Below are positions 52,336 through 60,768 of a stretch of 64,000 bases of DNA, one piece after another (position 1 is the stretch's first letter; every line of letters begins with the position of its first letter). Under the pieces are notes generated by a model. The model saw only the letters and a list, made by a program, of their open reading frames with translations, did no database searches and was not told where the DNA came from. Both the position numbers and the translations under genes were made by a program. Source of the DNA: Anaerovoracaceae bacterium (lineage in GTDB: Bacteria > Bacillota > Clostridia > Peptostreptococcales > Anaerovoracaceae); contig JAZUKP010000033.1 of assembly GCA_045643345.1 (NCBI GenBank), positions 454 to 64,453 of the forward strand. Direction: 5' to 3'.

Positions 52336-53775
52336 ATGCCAAAAGATAAAAACGAAGATTTACTTGTAGCAACAGAATTTCACCAAGATTTGAAAGATAA
52401 ATCTGAATTGAACTTTAAAGTGACTCAAAGTAATTCGCTTGTTCAGTTGCAATACTCAGAATTCGCTTTAACCGCCCAAGAAAAAGATCTTGTTTCTTTT
52501 GTACTTTCTCGCATTAAACCGAATTCAAATAAAATTCATCCAGTCTCTTTTGCAATTAAAGATTATCTTAATTTTGTCGGCCTGACAGACGGTTCCAAAA
52601 ACTATGCAGCAGTTCGCGAGTCAGCCAAACATATACGAGATACATCTATCTGGCTTAAAACAAGTAAGTCTGATAACTGGTTCACCTTCTCCTGGTTTGA
52701 TAAAGTTGTCTCAACAAAAAATGATTCCGAGCTTACTATTTACGTATCAAAAGACCTTGAACCGTTTTTATTAAACTTATCAAAAAATTTTAATCAGTAC
52801 CAGCTCCGGATTATGCTTTCCTTAAATGGCTCTTATCCAAAAAAGCTTTATGAATTATTAAACTCTTATGCCTATCAGGGATTTGTAACCATCGGTGTAG
52901 ATGAACTTAAAGAATACCTTTCTATTCCAAACACAAAAAGCTATGAACGTTTCAATAACATAAAGAATAGAATCATAGAACCTTCTATCAACCAAATAAA
53001 CGATGTTTCCAACATTGCAGTTTCCGTGGAGTACCTTAAAACGGATAAAAAAGTTACAGCTTTTCGTTTTAATATTTCAGTAAAGGAGTTGGAGAAATCA
53101 ATTACTGCAAGCGAAAAAGCTAACTACGATTTTTATTTTAATAAGGCAGTTACAAATGGGTTCGATGATGAAATAGTTAAGTCTTCTTATTTTGTTAAGG
53201 TTCTCAGAACGCTTTGTGGTTGGGATCATTATAAAAATTCGCTATCGGACCCTTTTACGCTTGAAGTATATAGTGCTTTAATTTCTGCATTATCAAAGAT
53301 GCTTACTTTGAATAAACCAATGCGATATCAAGGAATTTCCTGTACTTCTGCGGATATTATGGAACTCGTAAACACAAGAATATCTCTTGGTAGAATGCAA
53401 GCTTCTGGGAAAAAAGATTACCTCTCCCCTATCCTCTTTTCCACCATCGAAAAATATCGGAGCCACCTCGAAAAAAGAGAAGACATTAAAAACCATAACT
53501 ATTATTTGAGAAGTATTCTTTATAATACTCTTGCAGAAGACACTTTCGTAAAATCTAACCACGTTATTGATCCAGCGGCATCTTACAGAGAATCGATCTA
53601 TGAAAAGTGTCCGGAGCTGAAGGAATTTATTATATTCTATTACTCTGATAAACAGGACAAAGACGAATATCACATGAAGCAGGATATCCGAAAATGTAAA
53701 GAAGCTCTCCGAAATGCTGGTTATGACGAATCTATCCTGTTTGCTGTTTTTCTTCAAGGCGAAACCGATTTGTAA
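52336..53775 (+). CDS. Rep_3-type (RepB-family) plasmid replication initiator
   Basis: The N-terminal pattern KVTQSNSLVQLQYSEFALTAQEKDLVSFVLSRIKP is typical of iteron-binding initiators. Iterons lie immediately upstream. Confidence 0.7.
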   Translation: MPKDKNEDLLVATEFHQDLKDKSELNFKVTQSNSLVQLQYSEFALTAQEKDLVSFVLSRIKPNSNKIHPVSFAIKDYLNFVGLTDGSKNYAAVRESAKHIRDTSIWLKTSKSDNWFTFSWFDKVVSTKNDSELTIYVSKDLEPFLLNLSKNFNQYQLRIMLSLNGSYPKKLYELLNSYAYQGFVTIGVDELKEYLSIPNTKSYERFNNIKNRIIEPSINQINDVSNIAVSVEYLKTDKKVTAFRFNISVKELEKSITASEKANYDFYFNKAVTNGFDDEIVKSSYFVKVLRTLCGWDHYKNSLSDPFTLEVYSALISALSKMLTLNKPMRYQGISCTSADIMELVNTRISLGRMQASGKKDYLSPILFSTIEKYRSHLEKREDIKNHNYYLRSILYNTLAEDTFVKSNHVIDPAASYRESIYEKCPELKEFIIFYYSDKQDKDEYHMKQDIRKCKEALRNAGYDESILFAVFLQGETDL

Positions 53776-53780
53776 TCTGA

Positions 53781-53810
53781 AAGCGATGTATTCAATGCAT
53801 CGCTTTTTTT
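53781..53810 (+). terminator. intrinsic terminator
   Basis: AAGCGATG-loop-CATCGCTT plus T7. Confidence 0.75.
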
Positions 53811-53850
53811 ATATTCTTCCATTGTTCAGCCAAAAATCTTTTATCTTCAC

Positions 53851-54025
53851 TGGAAAAATCTTAAAAGGTGTATTACCTACTACCTCATCATGTGCTAATA
53901 TACTTTTAACCCGGGGGAATGCTGTGGTGTCTGAAACATGAATCCCCTGGCTTTAGACATGGCCAATGTCAATTGGAAAAAACTTAAAAGGTGTATTACC
54001 TACTAACTTAATATGTGCTAATATA
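53851..54025 (+). repeat. two ~52-bp direct repeats flanking RE-like fragment R4
   Basis: TGGAAAAAWCTTAAAAGGTGTATTACCTACTA...ATGTGCTAATATA occurs at 53851-53902 and 53974-54025. Between them is CATGAATCCCCTGGCTTTAGACATGGCCAATGTCAAT (53937-53973). Confidence 0.6.
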
Positions 54026-54062
54026 TCTTCGAACAAAATAAAAAAGGAGTTCGTTATTTACT

Positions 54063-55385
54063 ATGACTTGGGACGAAAGTCGAGCAAGAGAAGAATTCGA
54101 AAAAAAGAATGCACTTCTTGATGCTCTTTGCGAAAAACTAAGTCCTTATGATTTTTACGAGGAAATATTCTTTGATTCAGAAATACCTGTTCCTCTCCGG
54201 CACATAGGAGAATCAGGGAAATTTGGCGTGGAAAAATTGGACCTATTTGATGCCGTAGATAAAGCGCAAGGGATTGAAAATGTTGTGTTATCCCCTTGTA
54301 CTTATGGTCGCTCTAATTATCCGAAAAGAATGCTACTGCAAAACATATATGCCTTTGTTGTTGATCTGGACTATGTTTCTGCTTATATGCTTCAGTCTCT
54401 TCTTCTTAGTGATTGGAAAGATAAAAATAATCTAAAGATGCCGATTCCCACTATGATAGTTAACTCTGGTGCTGGAGTTCATTTGTATTTTCATTTGGTT
54501 GAGCCTTTGTCTTATCCGACAGACCGGGATTCTATAGATTCGCTTAATACAAAACTGACCGAAAAAATGAGTAATCTTGAAGGAATATCTCCGGATCGGC
54601 GGCCTATTGGTCAAGGCTTCAGAGTGGTTGGTTCTTTAAATAAATTTGGTGAACCAATTACTGCTTATAGAGTTCCTGATTCTTCATCCTGGGATATTAA
54701 GTATCTTTCGGAGTCAATCAACCTTGCAGCTCCCAAAATGTTAACAGATAAAGAATTTGCAAGGAGGGAACTTGCTTTACAAGCAGTAAATTATAAAACG
54801 AAAACGGTTAATTTTCCGCAACGATGGAGAATGGGAAGATCGTGGTATGACGCAGATTTACAAAGATGCAAAAAAGATGTTTCAGAAGGAAACCGCTATA
54901 CGAGTTTTATGGCGCTATCCGTTGTCGCATATAAATGTGGAATTTCAAAAGACGAACTAATTAAGGATCTCGAAGAACTTGTAGATTGTTATAACAAAAA
55001 AAGCCATACAAGCATCGTAAAACGATCCGAAATAACTAAGGCTGTTCGAATGTACTCTCCGAGCGCGGTCATGGTTAAGAGCACAACTCTTGAAGAATGG
55101 TATGGATTTAGGTATAAACATGAGAACCGGCATAAAAAAGATAGGTTGCCTCGTAAAAAAACGCAGGAAATGAAAGACGCAGGGCTTATTACATCAATAG
55201 AAAAGTATGGATGGGAAGCCAGAGATAAAAAATATCCCGATGGTTCCTGGCGAAAAAATTCCGGAAGGAAAACAGCAGAAGAAAAAATAAAATTGTGGAG
55301 AGCTATGAATCCGGATGGCAACCAATCTCTTTGTGCGAAAGAACTGTCCCTTCATGTTAAAACGGTTAAGAAATGGTGGAAATGA
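54063..55385 (+). CDS. AEP-superfamily primase-polymerase-like replication protein
   Basis: The motifs VVDLDY (DxD), NSGAGVHLYFHL (sGxGxH) and FRVVGSLNKFG occur in the canonical order. The C-terminus is basic. Confidence 0.55.
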   Translation: MTWDESRAREEFEKKNALLDALCEKLSPYDFYEEIFFDSEIPVPLRHIGESGKFGVEKLDLFDAVDKAQGIENVVLSPCTYGRSNYPKRMLLQNIYAFVVDLDYVSAYMLQSLLLSDWKDKNNLKMPIPTMIVNSGAGVHLYFHLVEPLSYPTDRDSIDSLNTKLTEKMSNLEGISPDRRPIGQGFRVVGSLNKFGEPITAYRVPDSSSWDIKYLSESINLAAPKMLTDKEFARRELALQAVNYKTKTVNFPQRWRMGRSWYDADLQRCKKDVSEGNRYTSFMALSVVAYKCGISKDELIKDLEELVDCYNKKSHTSIVKRSEITKAVRMYSPSAVMVKSTTLEEWYGFRYKHENRHKKDRLPRKKTQEMKDAGLITSIEKYGWEARDKKYPDGSWRKNSGRKTAEEKIKLWRAMNPDGNQSLCAKELSLHVKTVKKWWK

Positions 55386-55466
55386 CGATATTATCATGTG
55401 AAGAAAATGCATATAAAATGCGCATTTTCTCCGCACAAAAATATTAAACTTTATATACTTTATTGC

Positions 55467-55494
55467 TTGAAATTTCAAATAAATATGTTATACT
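55467..55494 (+). promoter_or_regulatory. parA-1 promoter overlapping TTGAAATTTCAA palindrome (site 2)
   Basis: TTGAAA (55467-55472), a 16-nt spacer and TATACT (55489-55494). The -35 is the left half of the palindrome. Confidence 0.55.
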
Positions 55495-55565
55495 AACCTT
55501 AGTTTCTTAATGCGAATTTTTTATATATATTTTATATATTTTTTCCATATAGATAAGGAGAAGGC

Positions 55566-56339
55566 ATGACTAAGATAATATCTCTAATAAATCAAAAAGG
55601 GGGTTGTGGGAAAACTGTTTCTACTTATAACATAGCTGCAACTCTTTCGGAAAAAGGCTATAAGGTGCTGATGGTTGACAATGACCAGCAAGGTTCTCTT
55701 ACAATTTACTCCGGCTATAATCCAAATGAATTTGAAAATACTTTGGATAAAGTTTATCTTGGACAGATTCCCGCAGCAAAGGCAGTCTATGATACGCGCT
55801 ATGATAATCTGTTCCTTATGCCATCGAATATTGGCCTTGCAAAAGTGGATATGGCTCTTACAGGACAAGCGAGAAGCGGTAGAAGTACCCTTGGAAAAAT
55901 GCTGGATCCGATTAAAGATGCTTTTGACTTTATTCTTATTGATTGCCCCCCTGCCCTTTCAATGCTCACAATCAATGCGCTGGCTTGTTCAGATCATACA
56001 CTCATTCCATGTCAAACCAATCCATTGTGTACGGCGGCGCTGCATGACTTATTTGACACAATAGCGAATATCCAGGCATTAACCGGACATCTTCAGGTTC
56101 TTGGTGTTCTTGCAACTATGCACCAAAAAAGTGCAAGTGTTTACCGGAAAGAACTTGAAATGCTTGAAGCGAATTACAACGTAATTGGCGTTATAAAGCT
56201 TTCGTCTGTTGTTTCGGATTCCGTCGTAAACGGAGTTCCGGCAGTATATTTTAAACGTTCTTCTGAAGTAGCAAAACAGTATGTTGAAGCTACTGAAAAA
56301 CTTCTTAAAGAAATGGGGGTAGAAGTGAATGACAAATAA
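55566..56339 (+). CDS. parA: ParA-family partition ATPase (locus 1)
   Basis: Deviant Walker A NQKGGCGKTVST and the family pattern MVDNDQQGS. Confidence 0.9.
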   Translation: MTKIISLINQKGGCGKTVSTYNIAATLSEKGYKVLMVDNDQQGSLTIYSGYNPNEFENTLDKVYLGQIPAAKAVYDTRYDNLFLMPSNIGLAKVDMALTGQARSGRSTLGKMLDPIKDAFDFILIDCPPALSMLTINALACSDHTLIPCQTNPLCTAALHDLFDTIANIQALTGHLQVLGVLATMHQKSASVYRKELEMLEANYNVIGVIKLSSVVSDSVVNGVPAVYFKRSSEVAKQYVEATEKLLKEMGVEVNDK

Positions 56340-56550
56340 TAAACCTTCTCAGACTAAGACTGATGCAGTGATTCAAGCTCTTACAGGGGAGAAAAATACT
56401 TCAACATCAGGGAAGGTCAGAACAACTGTTGTGCTTTCAAAAAAAATTCACGAACTTGCTGTGGAAGAAGCTCATGAACAAGATATGACATTTACTGCGT
56501 ATGTAATAAATCTTATACGAAAAGATCTTCGCTCGAAAGGATATTTATAA
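56329..56550 (+). CDS. small RHH-type partner (centromere-binding protein candidate)
   Basis: 73 aa, overlaps the parA stop. The C-terminal TTVVLSKKIHELAVEEAHEQDMTFTAYVINLIRKDL has a ribbon-helix-helix pattern. Confidence 0.5.
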   Translation: MTNNKPSQTKTDAVIQALTGEKNTSTSGKVRTTVVLSKKIHELAVEEAHEQDMTFTAYVINLIRKDLRSKGYL

Positions 56551-56584
56551 AAATTATTTAAAGGACCGACATTGTATAGAAAAA

Positions 56585-56612
56585 ATGGTGTTCGTAAGGA
56601 CACCATTTTCTG
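56585..56612 (+). terminator. intrinsic terminator
   Basis: ATGGTGT-tcgtaagg-ACACCAT followed by a T-rich run. Confidence 0.65.
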
Positions 56613-56795
56613 TTTTAGTGTTTTTTATTTTTCGACGATTTTTCGAGGAAAATCATTCTTGTCGATAAATTACCCAACTTTACATATTAACCCGCCTCAA
56701 ATCCGATGTTTTTGGCCTTATTTTCATGTTCCCTCCCCTACCCTTCCCATCTATTTAACAAGTCCTGGAGTGTTTTTAGGTTTTTGGTCTTTTTA

Positions 56796-57135
56796 AGTAT
56801 ATATTTAAAGATATATAAAAGAATATATAAAAGAATATATAAAGATATATATAAATATATGTATTATGTATATGTTATAATATATCTAAATATATATATT
56901 TATAGATATGCAAACGCATATACTGCCGGGCGGTTTTTAACCCGGCCGTTTTGTGCGGGAATCTGTCACGAAAAATAGATATAGCCGTATATATTATAAA
57001 AGATATAATTTGATATATTAAATTATATAATATCATGGATATCATTAAGTATATATAATTAAATATACTTAAAGATATATAAAGATATAGTTTAATATAT
57101 ATATTTATATATATTTATGTATATACGAAAGATAT
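56796..57135. repeat. AT-rich field of degenerate (A/G)ATATATAAA repeats (centromere-like)
   Basis: More than ten copies of GATATATAAA/GAATATATAAAA-type units in both orientations. They are interrupted by a GC hairpin GCCGGG-loop-CCCGGC (56925-46). The field lies between the two par loci. Confidence 0.5.
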
Positions 57136-57160
57136 ATATATTCATAAATATATCAGTATA

Positions 57161-57189
57161 TTGACTTTGATAAACATAAAGTATATAAT
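57161..57189 (+). promoter_or_regulatory. parA-2 promoter
   Basis: TTGACT-17-TATAAT. Confidence 0.6.
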
Positions 57190-57229
57190 CCGGTATAGTC
57201 AATAAGATATATGAAAGGTGAGATATAAT

Positions 57230-57991
57230 ATGAGTAAAACGATATCGATTATCAACCAGAAGGGCGGTGTTGGGAAATCCACAACTGCGCAGGCTCTGGC
57301 AGCAGCTTTAACGATAAAAAAGTACAAAGTTCTTACGATTGACCTGGATCCGCAGATGAATACATCCTTGTCATTATGTGCAGACGACAGCGGAGACAAT
57401 ATTGCGGATGCCTTCAGCTCTGATTATGATATCCACGATGCGATACAGCACACGCAATACGGAGATATTGTATGTGGATCGAAGGATCTGAGTAATGCAG
57501 ACAGCGCACTCACAATGACAGGAAAGGAATTTCTTCTTCGGGAAGCACTGGAAAGGGTAGTGGATGAATACGACTATATCGTGATAGATACTCCTCCGGC
57601 GCTTGGGATCCTCACAATCGACGCTCTTACTGCATCGGATTCAATTATCATTCCAGCTCAGGCAGACATTTATTCACTTACCGGTATTGCGGATCTGGCG
57701 AAGACGATAAATACCATTCGGAAATACACAAATCCGAAATTGCAAGTAGAAGGAATCCTTCTTACAAGGTTCAATCCCCGGCTTCCGTTTAACCAGGAGC
57801 TTGTCGAAATGGCCGCAGGCCTTGCTGAAAACCTGAAAACAAAGCTCTATGACAGCACAATCCGCGAAGCAATCGCAATAAAAAAGGCCCAGGCAGCACA
57901 GCAAAGTATCTTTGAATTTGACGAAAAATCAAACGTCGCGCAGGATTACATGAAGTTTGTTGAGGAGCTTATAAAAAAGGAGGTAAAGTAG
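57230..57991 (+). CDS. parA: ParA-family partition ATPase (locus 2)
   Basis: NQKGGVGKSTTA and TIDLDPQMN. ATG 57230 follows AAAGGTGA. Confidence 0.9.
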   Translation: MSKTISIINQKGGVGKSTTAQALAAALTIKKYKVLTIDLDPQMNTSLSLCADDSGDNIADAFSSDYDIHDAIQHTQYGDIVCGSKDLSNADSALTMTGKEFLLREALERVVDEYDYIVIDTPPALGILTIDALTASDSIIIPAQADIYSLTGIADLAKTINTIRKYTNPKLQVEGILLTRFNPRLPFNQELVEMAAGLAENLKTKLYDSTIREAIAIKKAQAAQQSIFEFDEKSNVAQDYMKFVEELIKKEVK

Positions 57992-57992
57992 T

Positions 57993-58334
57993 ATGGCTGG
58001 TAAGAACCTTTTTGGCGGCGGCGCATTAAAACAGCTGGAAAATACGCATCTTGAAGAAGTTAAAACTGATAAAGGAATATTGGAACAGGAACCCAAGCCC
58101 AAAAAAGATAAGCCCTCTGAACCGAAACCGGCAGCAGCTACAAAGCAGAAGGCATCTTCGCTCCAGGCGGACTTTAAAAGTATTCAAAAAGGGAAAGGTA
58201 CTGAAAAAACAAAAAAACTGGTATCTATTCCGAAAGAATATGATAACAAGGTAAATGAAATGATTAAGAAAGGGGAGTGCGAGAGCTTCACGCAGCTTAT
58301 AAACTTCCTTCTGGATAAGTTCTTTGAAAGCTAA
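57993..58334 (+). CDS. small basic partner protein of ParA-2 (RHH-like C-terminus)
   Basis: 113 aa with a K/P-rich N-terminal half and C-terminal KKLVSIPKEYDNKVNEMIKKGECESFTQLINFLLDKF. Confidence 0.45.
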   Translation: MAGKNLFGGGALKQLENTHLEEVKTDKGILEQEPKPKKDKPSEPKPAAATKQKASSLQADFKSIQKGKGTEKTKKLVSIPKEYDNKVNEMIKKGECESFTQLINFLLDKFFES

Positions 58335-58340
58335 AGAGAA

Positions 58341-58374
58341 ATGGGGGGTGTAAATATATCCCCCCATTTTTTTT
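58341..58374 (+). terminator. intrinsic terminator
   Basis: ATGGGGGG-loop-CCCCCCAT plus T8. Confidence 0.8.
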
Positions 58375-58375
58375 A

Positions 58376-58514
58376 TTGCCATGAAGAAAAATGAATGATA
58401 TACTTGTGACATAATATGTTTATAGCTTCGAGAAGTATTGTATCTTCGGTGAAGCAGCAAGAATTATAATGATGTGCTAATTTACGGTTTTCAATTTGAG
58501 GGAACCGTTTTTTT
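58376..58514 (+). promoter_or_regulatory. structured leader copy B
   Basis: Promoter TTGCCA-17-TATACT (58376-58404). Stem-loop GCTTC-ga-GAAG-tattgtat-CTTC-ggt-GAAGC (58425-58455). Box GCAAGAATTATAATG. Hairpin ACGGTTTTC-aattt-GAGGGAACCGT plus T7 (58483-58514). Confidence 0.6.
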
Positions 58515-58543
58515 GTGTCCAAATTTAAGGAGGAAAAAAGAAA

Positions 58544-59434
58544 ATGAAAAGCGAAAAAATGAACCTGAAGGACTGCATTAAGCCTAAAATGGAAGACGGT
58601 AACGTGATCTTTGTGCAGGCAACCAACGAAAAAGGAGAACCCATCTATGGGAAGAATACCGATGGGAACCTGGTTGCTGTTCTGGTCCCGGATTACTATG
58701 TGGATGCCAATTCCCTGCGCGGCTTGTTCTGGTCGGAATATCCGCAAGGCAGAGAGGAAGCTATCAGAACCACATTAGATCCGGTGTACGATGCAGATAA
58801 GAAGACTTGGATCTGTGCGCCCGAAACGATTGAAGTCCGTCTGTATGCGAATGCAGCGGACACCAAACCCATTGCAAATGGCTTTGGAAAAAGCGTACCG
58901 ACAGAAGCCAACAAGTATCCGGAGCTGCCGTCTGCGATTTCTCTTGCTTTCAGCAATGCCATGAAAAACTTAGGTTACATTGGGGAAGACGAAATCAAAG
59001 AAATGCAAAGTGAATCTGCTTTGCATTATGAATTAAAGGCAGGGGAGAGACCATCTGCAATCGTTCCGATTGATCTGGCAGCACTTTTTGAAGAAGATGC
59101 CGCGAAAGATTCCGCTGTCTCCGAAGTAAAAGCGGAAGATAAGGAAATGACATTAGCCGGTTCTTCTATCTTTGCAGCCATGAGTGCAGCCGCAGCCATT
59201 GATGAAGCTCCGCAAACATTTGTTGCAGCAGAAATTACTGCTGAAAGTGCAGAGGATGTAGTATTCGCTACTACAAAAGAAACTTGGAGCAAGTATAACG
59301 GCAAGACATTCCGGGAAAATAAGGAAGATTCCCTGTTCTCCCAGCTTATCACGGCGATTGCCCGTAATCCGCAGCGGTACGAAAAGTTTATGTCTGCGGA
59401 TTCATTAAAGGCCGCAGCCATTCTTGCGAGATAA
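58544..59434 (+). CDS. hypothetical protein (possible Rad52/Sak-like annealing protein, weak)
   Basis: 296 aa. LPSAISLAFSNAMKNLGYIG is reminiscent of the conserved helix of phage Rad52-like SSAPs. The call is speculative. Confidence 0.35.
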   Translation: MKSEKMNLKDCIKPKMEDGNVIFVQATNEKGEPIYGKNTDGNLVAVLVPDYYVDANSLRGLFWSEYPQGREEAIRTTLDPVYDADKKTWICAPETIEVRLYANAADTKPIANGFGKSVPTEANKYPELPSAISLAFSNAMKNLGYIGEDEIKEMQSESALHYELKAGERPSAIVPIDLAALFEEDAAKDSAVSEVKAEDKEMTLAGSSIFAAMSAAAAIDEAPQTFVAAEITAESAEDVVFATTKETWSKYNGKTFRENKEDSLFSQLITAIARNPQRYEKFMSADSLKAAAILAR

Positions 59435-59451
59435 GAAGAAAGGATAATGAC

Positions 59452-60510
59452 ATGAATCAGCCAGCTCCGCTTACGCTCTATACAGCAGTTGATTTACTTA
59501 ACATCGGCCATGACCGGAACAGACCTAAAATCAATATCCGCTGCCCGCTTTGCGGGTCCGGGAGCGAAAAAAAACTCAATGTTGATTTTGAAAAAGATGT
59601 GTTTCGTTGTGCAAAATGCGGGGTTGCTGGTAAGTCTGTCGGATTCTGGGCTCTTTACAGGGGTCTGGATCCGGCAGACCTGAAAGCTGCTGCAAGGGAT
59701 TACTATGAATTTGCCGGGAATAAGCATTTATCTCCCGTAGTAAAAAAATATGTTTCCGTGCCGCAGACCGAGCTTGCCCCGATTGATACAAGAGACAGGA
59801 CATACCGTGCGCTGCTTTCGCTGCTGAATTTAAAAGAATTACATGAAAAAGATTTGCTTCGTCGTGGATTTACGAAAGACGAAATAAAACAAACTGATTA
59901 CAAATCGTATCCATCGTTAGGGAAGGGCGATATTGTCAAGGCCCTTCTTAAAAGAGGCTGTGTTCTCGAAGGTGTTCCGGGCTTTTATTATGATAATAAC
60001 ACCTGGAAGATAAGAACCCTGCCGGACGGGTACCTTATTCCGCAGAAAAACTCTGTGGGACAGATTCAGGGATTCCAGGTTCGTTTATCGAAAGGGAATA
60101 CAAGATATGTTACGCTTTCAACAGACGGTTATGCCAAAGGTGCGCCTGGGAAAGCCTATCCGCATTTTGTTAAGGGTTCAAAAAAGAACGGGAAGGTGAT
60201 TCTTACCGAAGGTCCGCTGAAAGCAGACCTGATCGCCAAGTTTACCGGGTATTCCGTCCTTGCTCTTCAGGGCGTAAATGCAACAGCATACTTTCCTGCA
60301 GCGATAAAAGCCTTGAAGGGGATGGGGTATGATACGATACTCCTTGCCTTTGACATGGATATGTATAGTAACGAATTTGTGGCAAAAGCATTTTTTAAGA
60401 TGAAGGAAATGCTTACGGAATACAAGATGCCGTTTTATACGCTTATCTGGGATAATAAGTATAAAGGTCTTGACGATTATTTGTATCACCGCGCGACGTG
60501 CAAACGTTGA
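59452..60510 (+). CDS. zinc-finger/Toprim DNA primase-like protein
   Basis: N-terminal CPLCGSGSEKK...FRCAKCG. The C-terminal Toprim pattern is VILTEGPLKADL...LAFDMDMYSNEF. Confidence 0.65.
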   Translation: MNQPAPLTLYTAVDLLNIGHDRNRPKINIRCPLCGSGSEKKLNVDFEKDVFRCAKCGVAGKSVGFWALYRGLDPADLKAAARDYYEFAGNKHLSPVVKKYVSVPQTELAPIDTRDRTYRALLSLLNLKELHEKDLLRRGFTKDEIKQTDYKSYPSLGKGDIVKALLKRGCVLEGVPGFYYDNNTWKIRTLPDGYLIPQKNSVGQIQGFQVRLSKGNTRYVTLSTDGYAKGAPGKAYPHFVKGSKKNGKVILTEGPLKADLIAKFTGYSVLALQGVNATAYFPAAIKALKGMGYDTILLAFDMDMYSNEFVAKAFFKMKEMLTEYKMPFYTLIWDNKYKGLDDYLYHRATCKR

Positions 60511-60519
60511 AATTTCAAC
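60506..60519. promoter_or_regulatory. GTTGAAATTTCAAC palindrome (site 3)
   Basis: A 14-bp perfect palindrome overlapping the primase stop codon. 17 nt (GTTGAAATTTCAACAGA) are identical to site 4. Confidence 0.5.
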
Positions 60520-60620
60520 AGATTTTAAGGAAGAAGGAGGGACTCTAAAAAAGGGTGCCTCCTTCTGCCACATCTAAAATATGTAGATTTTTTAGATAAA
60601 ATTTTTAAAACTCAAAATAT

Positions 60621-60634
60621 GTTGAAATTTCAAC
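60621..60634. promoter_or_regulatory. GTTGAAATTTCAAC palindrome (site 4)
   Basis: The second copy lies 115 bp downstream. The pair brackets the hairpin GAAGGAGG-loop-CCTCCTTC (60533-60565). Confidence 0.5.
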
Positions 60635-60661
60635 AGAAACAAGGAAAACAAGAAAGAAATA

Positions 60662-60690
60662 TTGACAAAAACCGTGTTAATAAATATAAT
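60662..60690 (+). promoter_or_regulatory. consensus promoter of the T4SS operon
   Basis: TTGACA-17-TATAAT. Confidence 0.7.
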
Positions 60691-60720
60691 TAGCATAATA
60701 AAATAGATATATTATGTTTT

Positions 60721-60755
60721 ACGACCGGTATCGTTTACCAGGTCGTTTTGTTTTA
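60721..60755 (+). terminator. promoter-proximal terminator/attenuator
   Basis: ACGACCGGT-atcgttt-ACCAGGTCGT followed by TTTGTTTT. It lies directly before GGAG and ATG 60769. Confidence 0.5.
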
Positions 60756-60768
60756 TGGAGATAAAAAA

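Noticed and set aside
56572-56978. ORFs 56572..56796 and 56706..56978 in the gap between the two par loci.
   Set aside because: They sit in the terminator and the AT-rich (A/G)ATATATAAA repeat field. The translations are repeat-driven (YKRIYKRIYKDIYKY), there is no SD, and centromere-like DNA is a better explanation.
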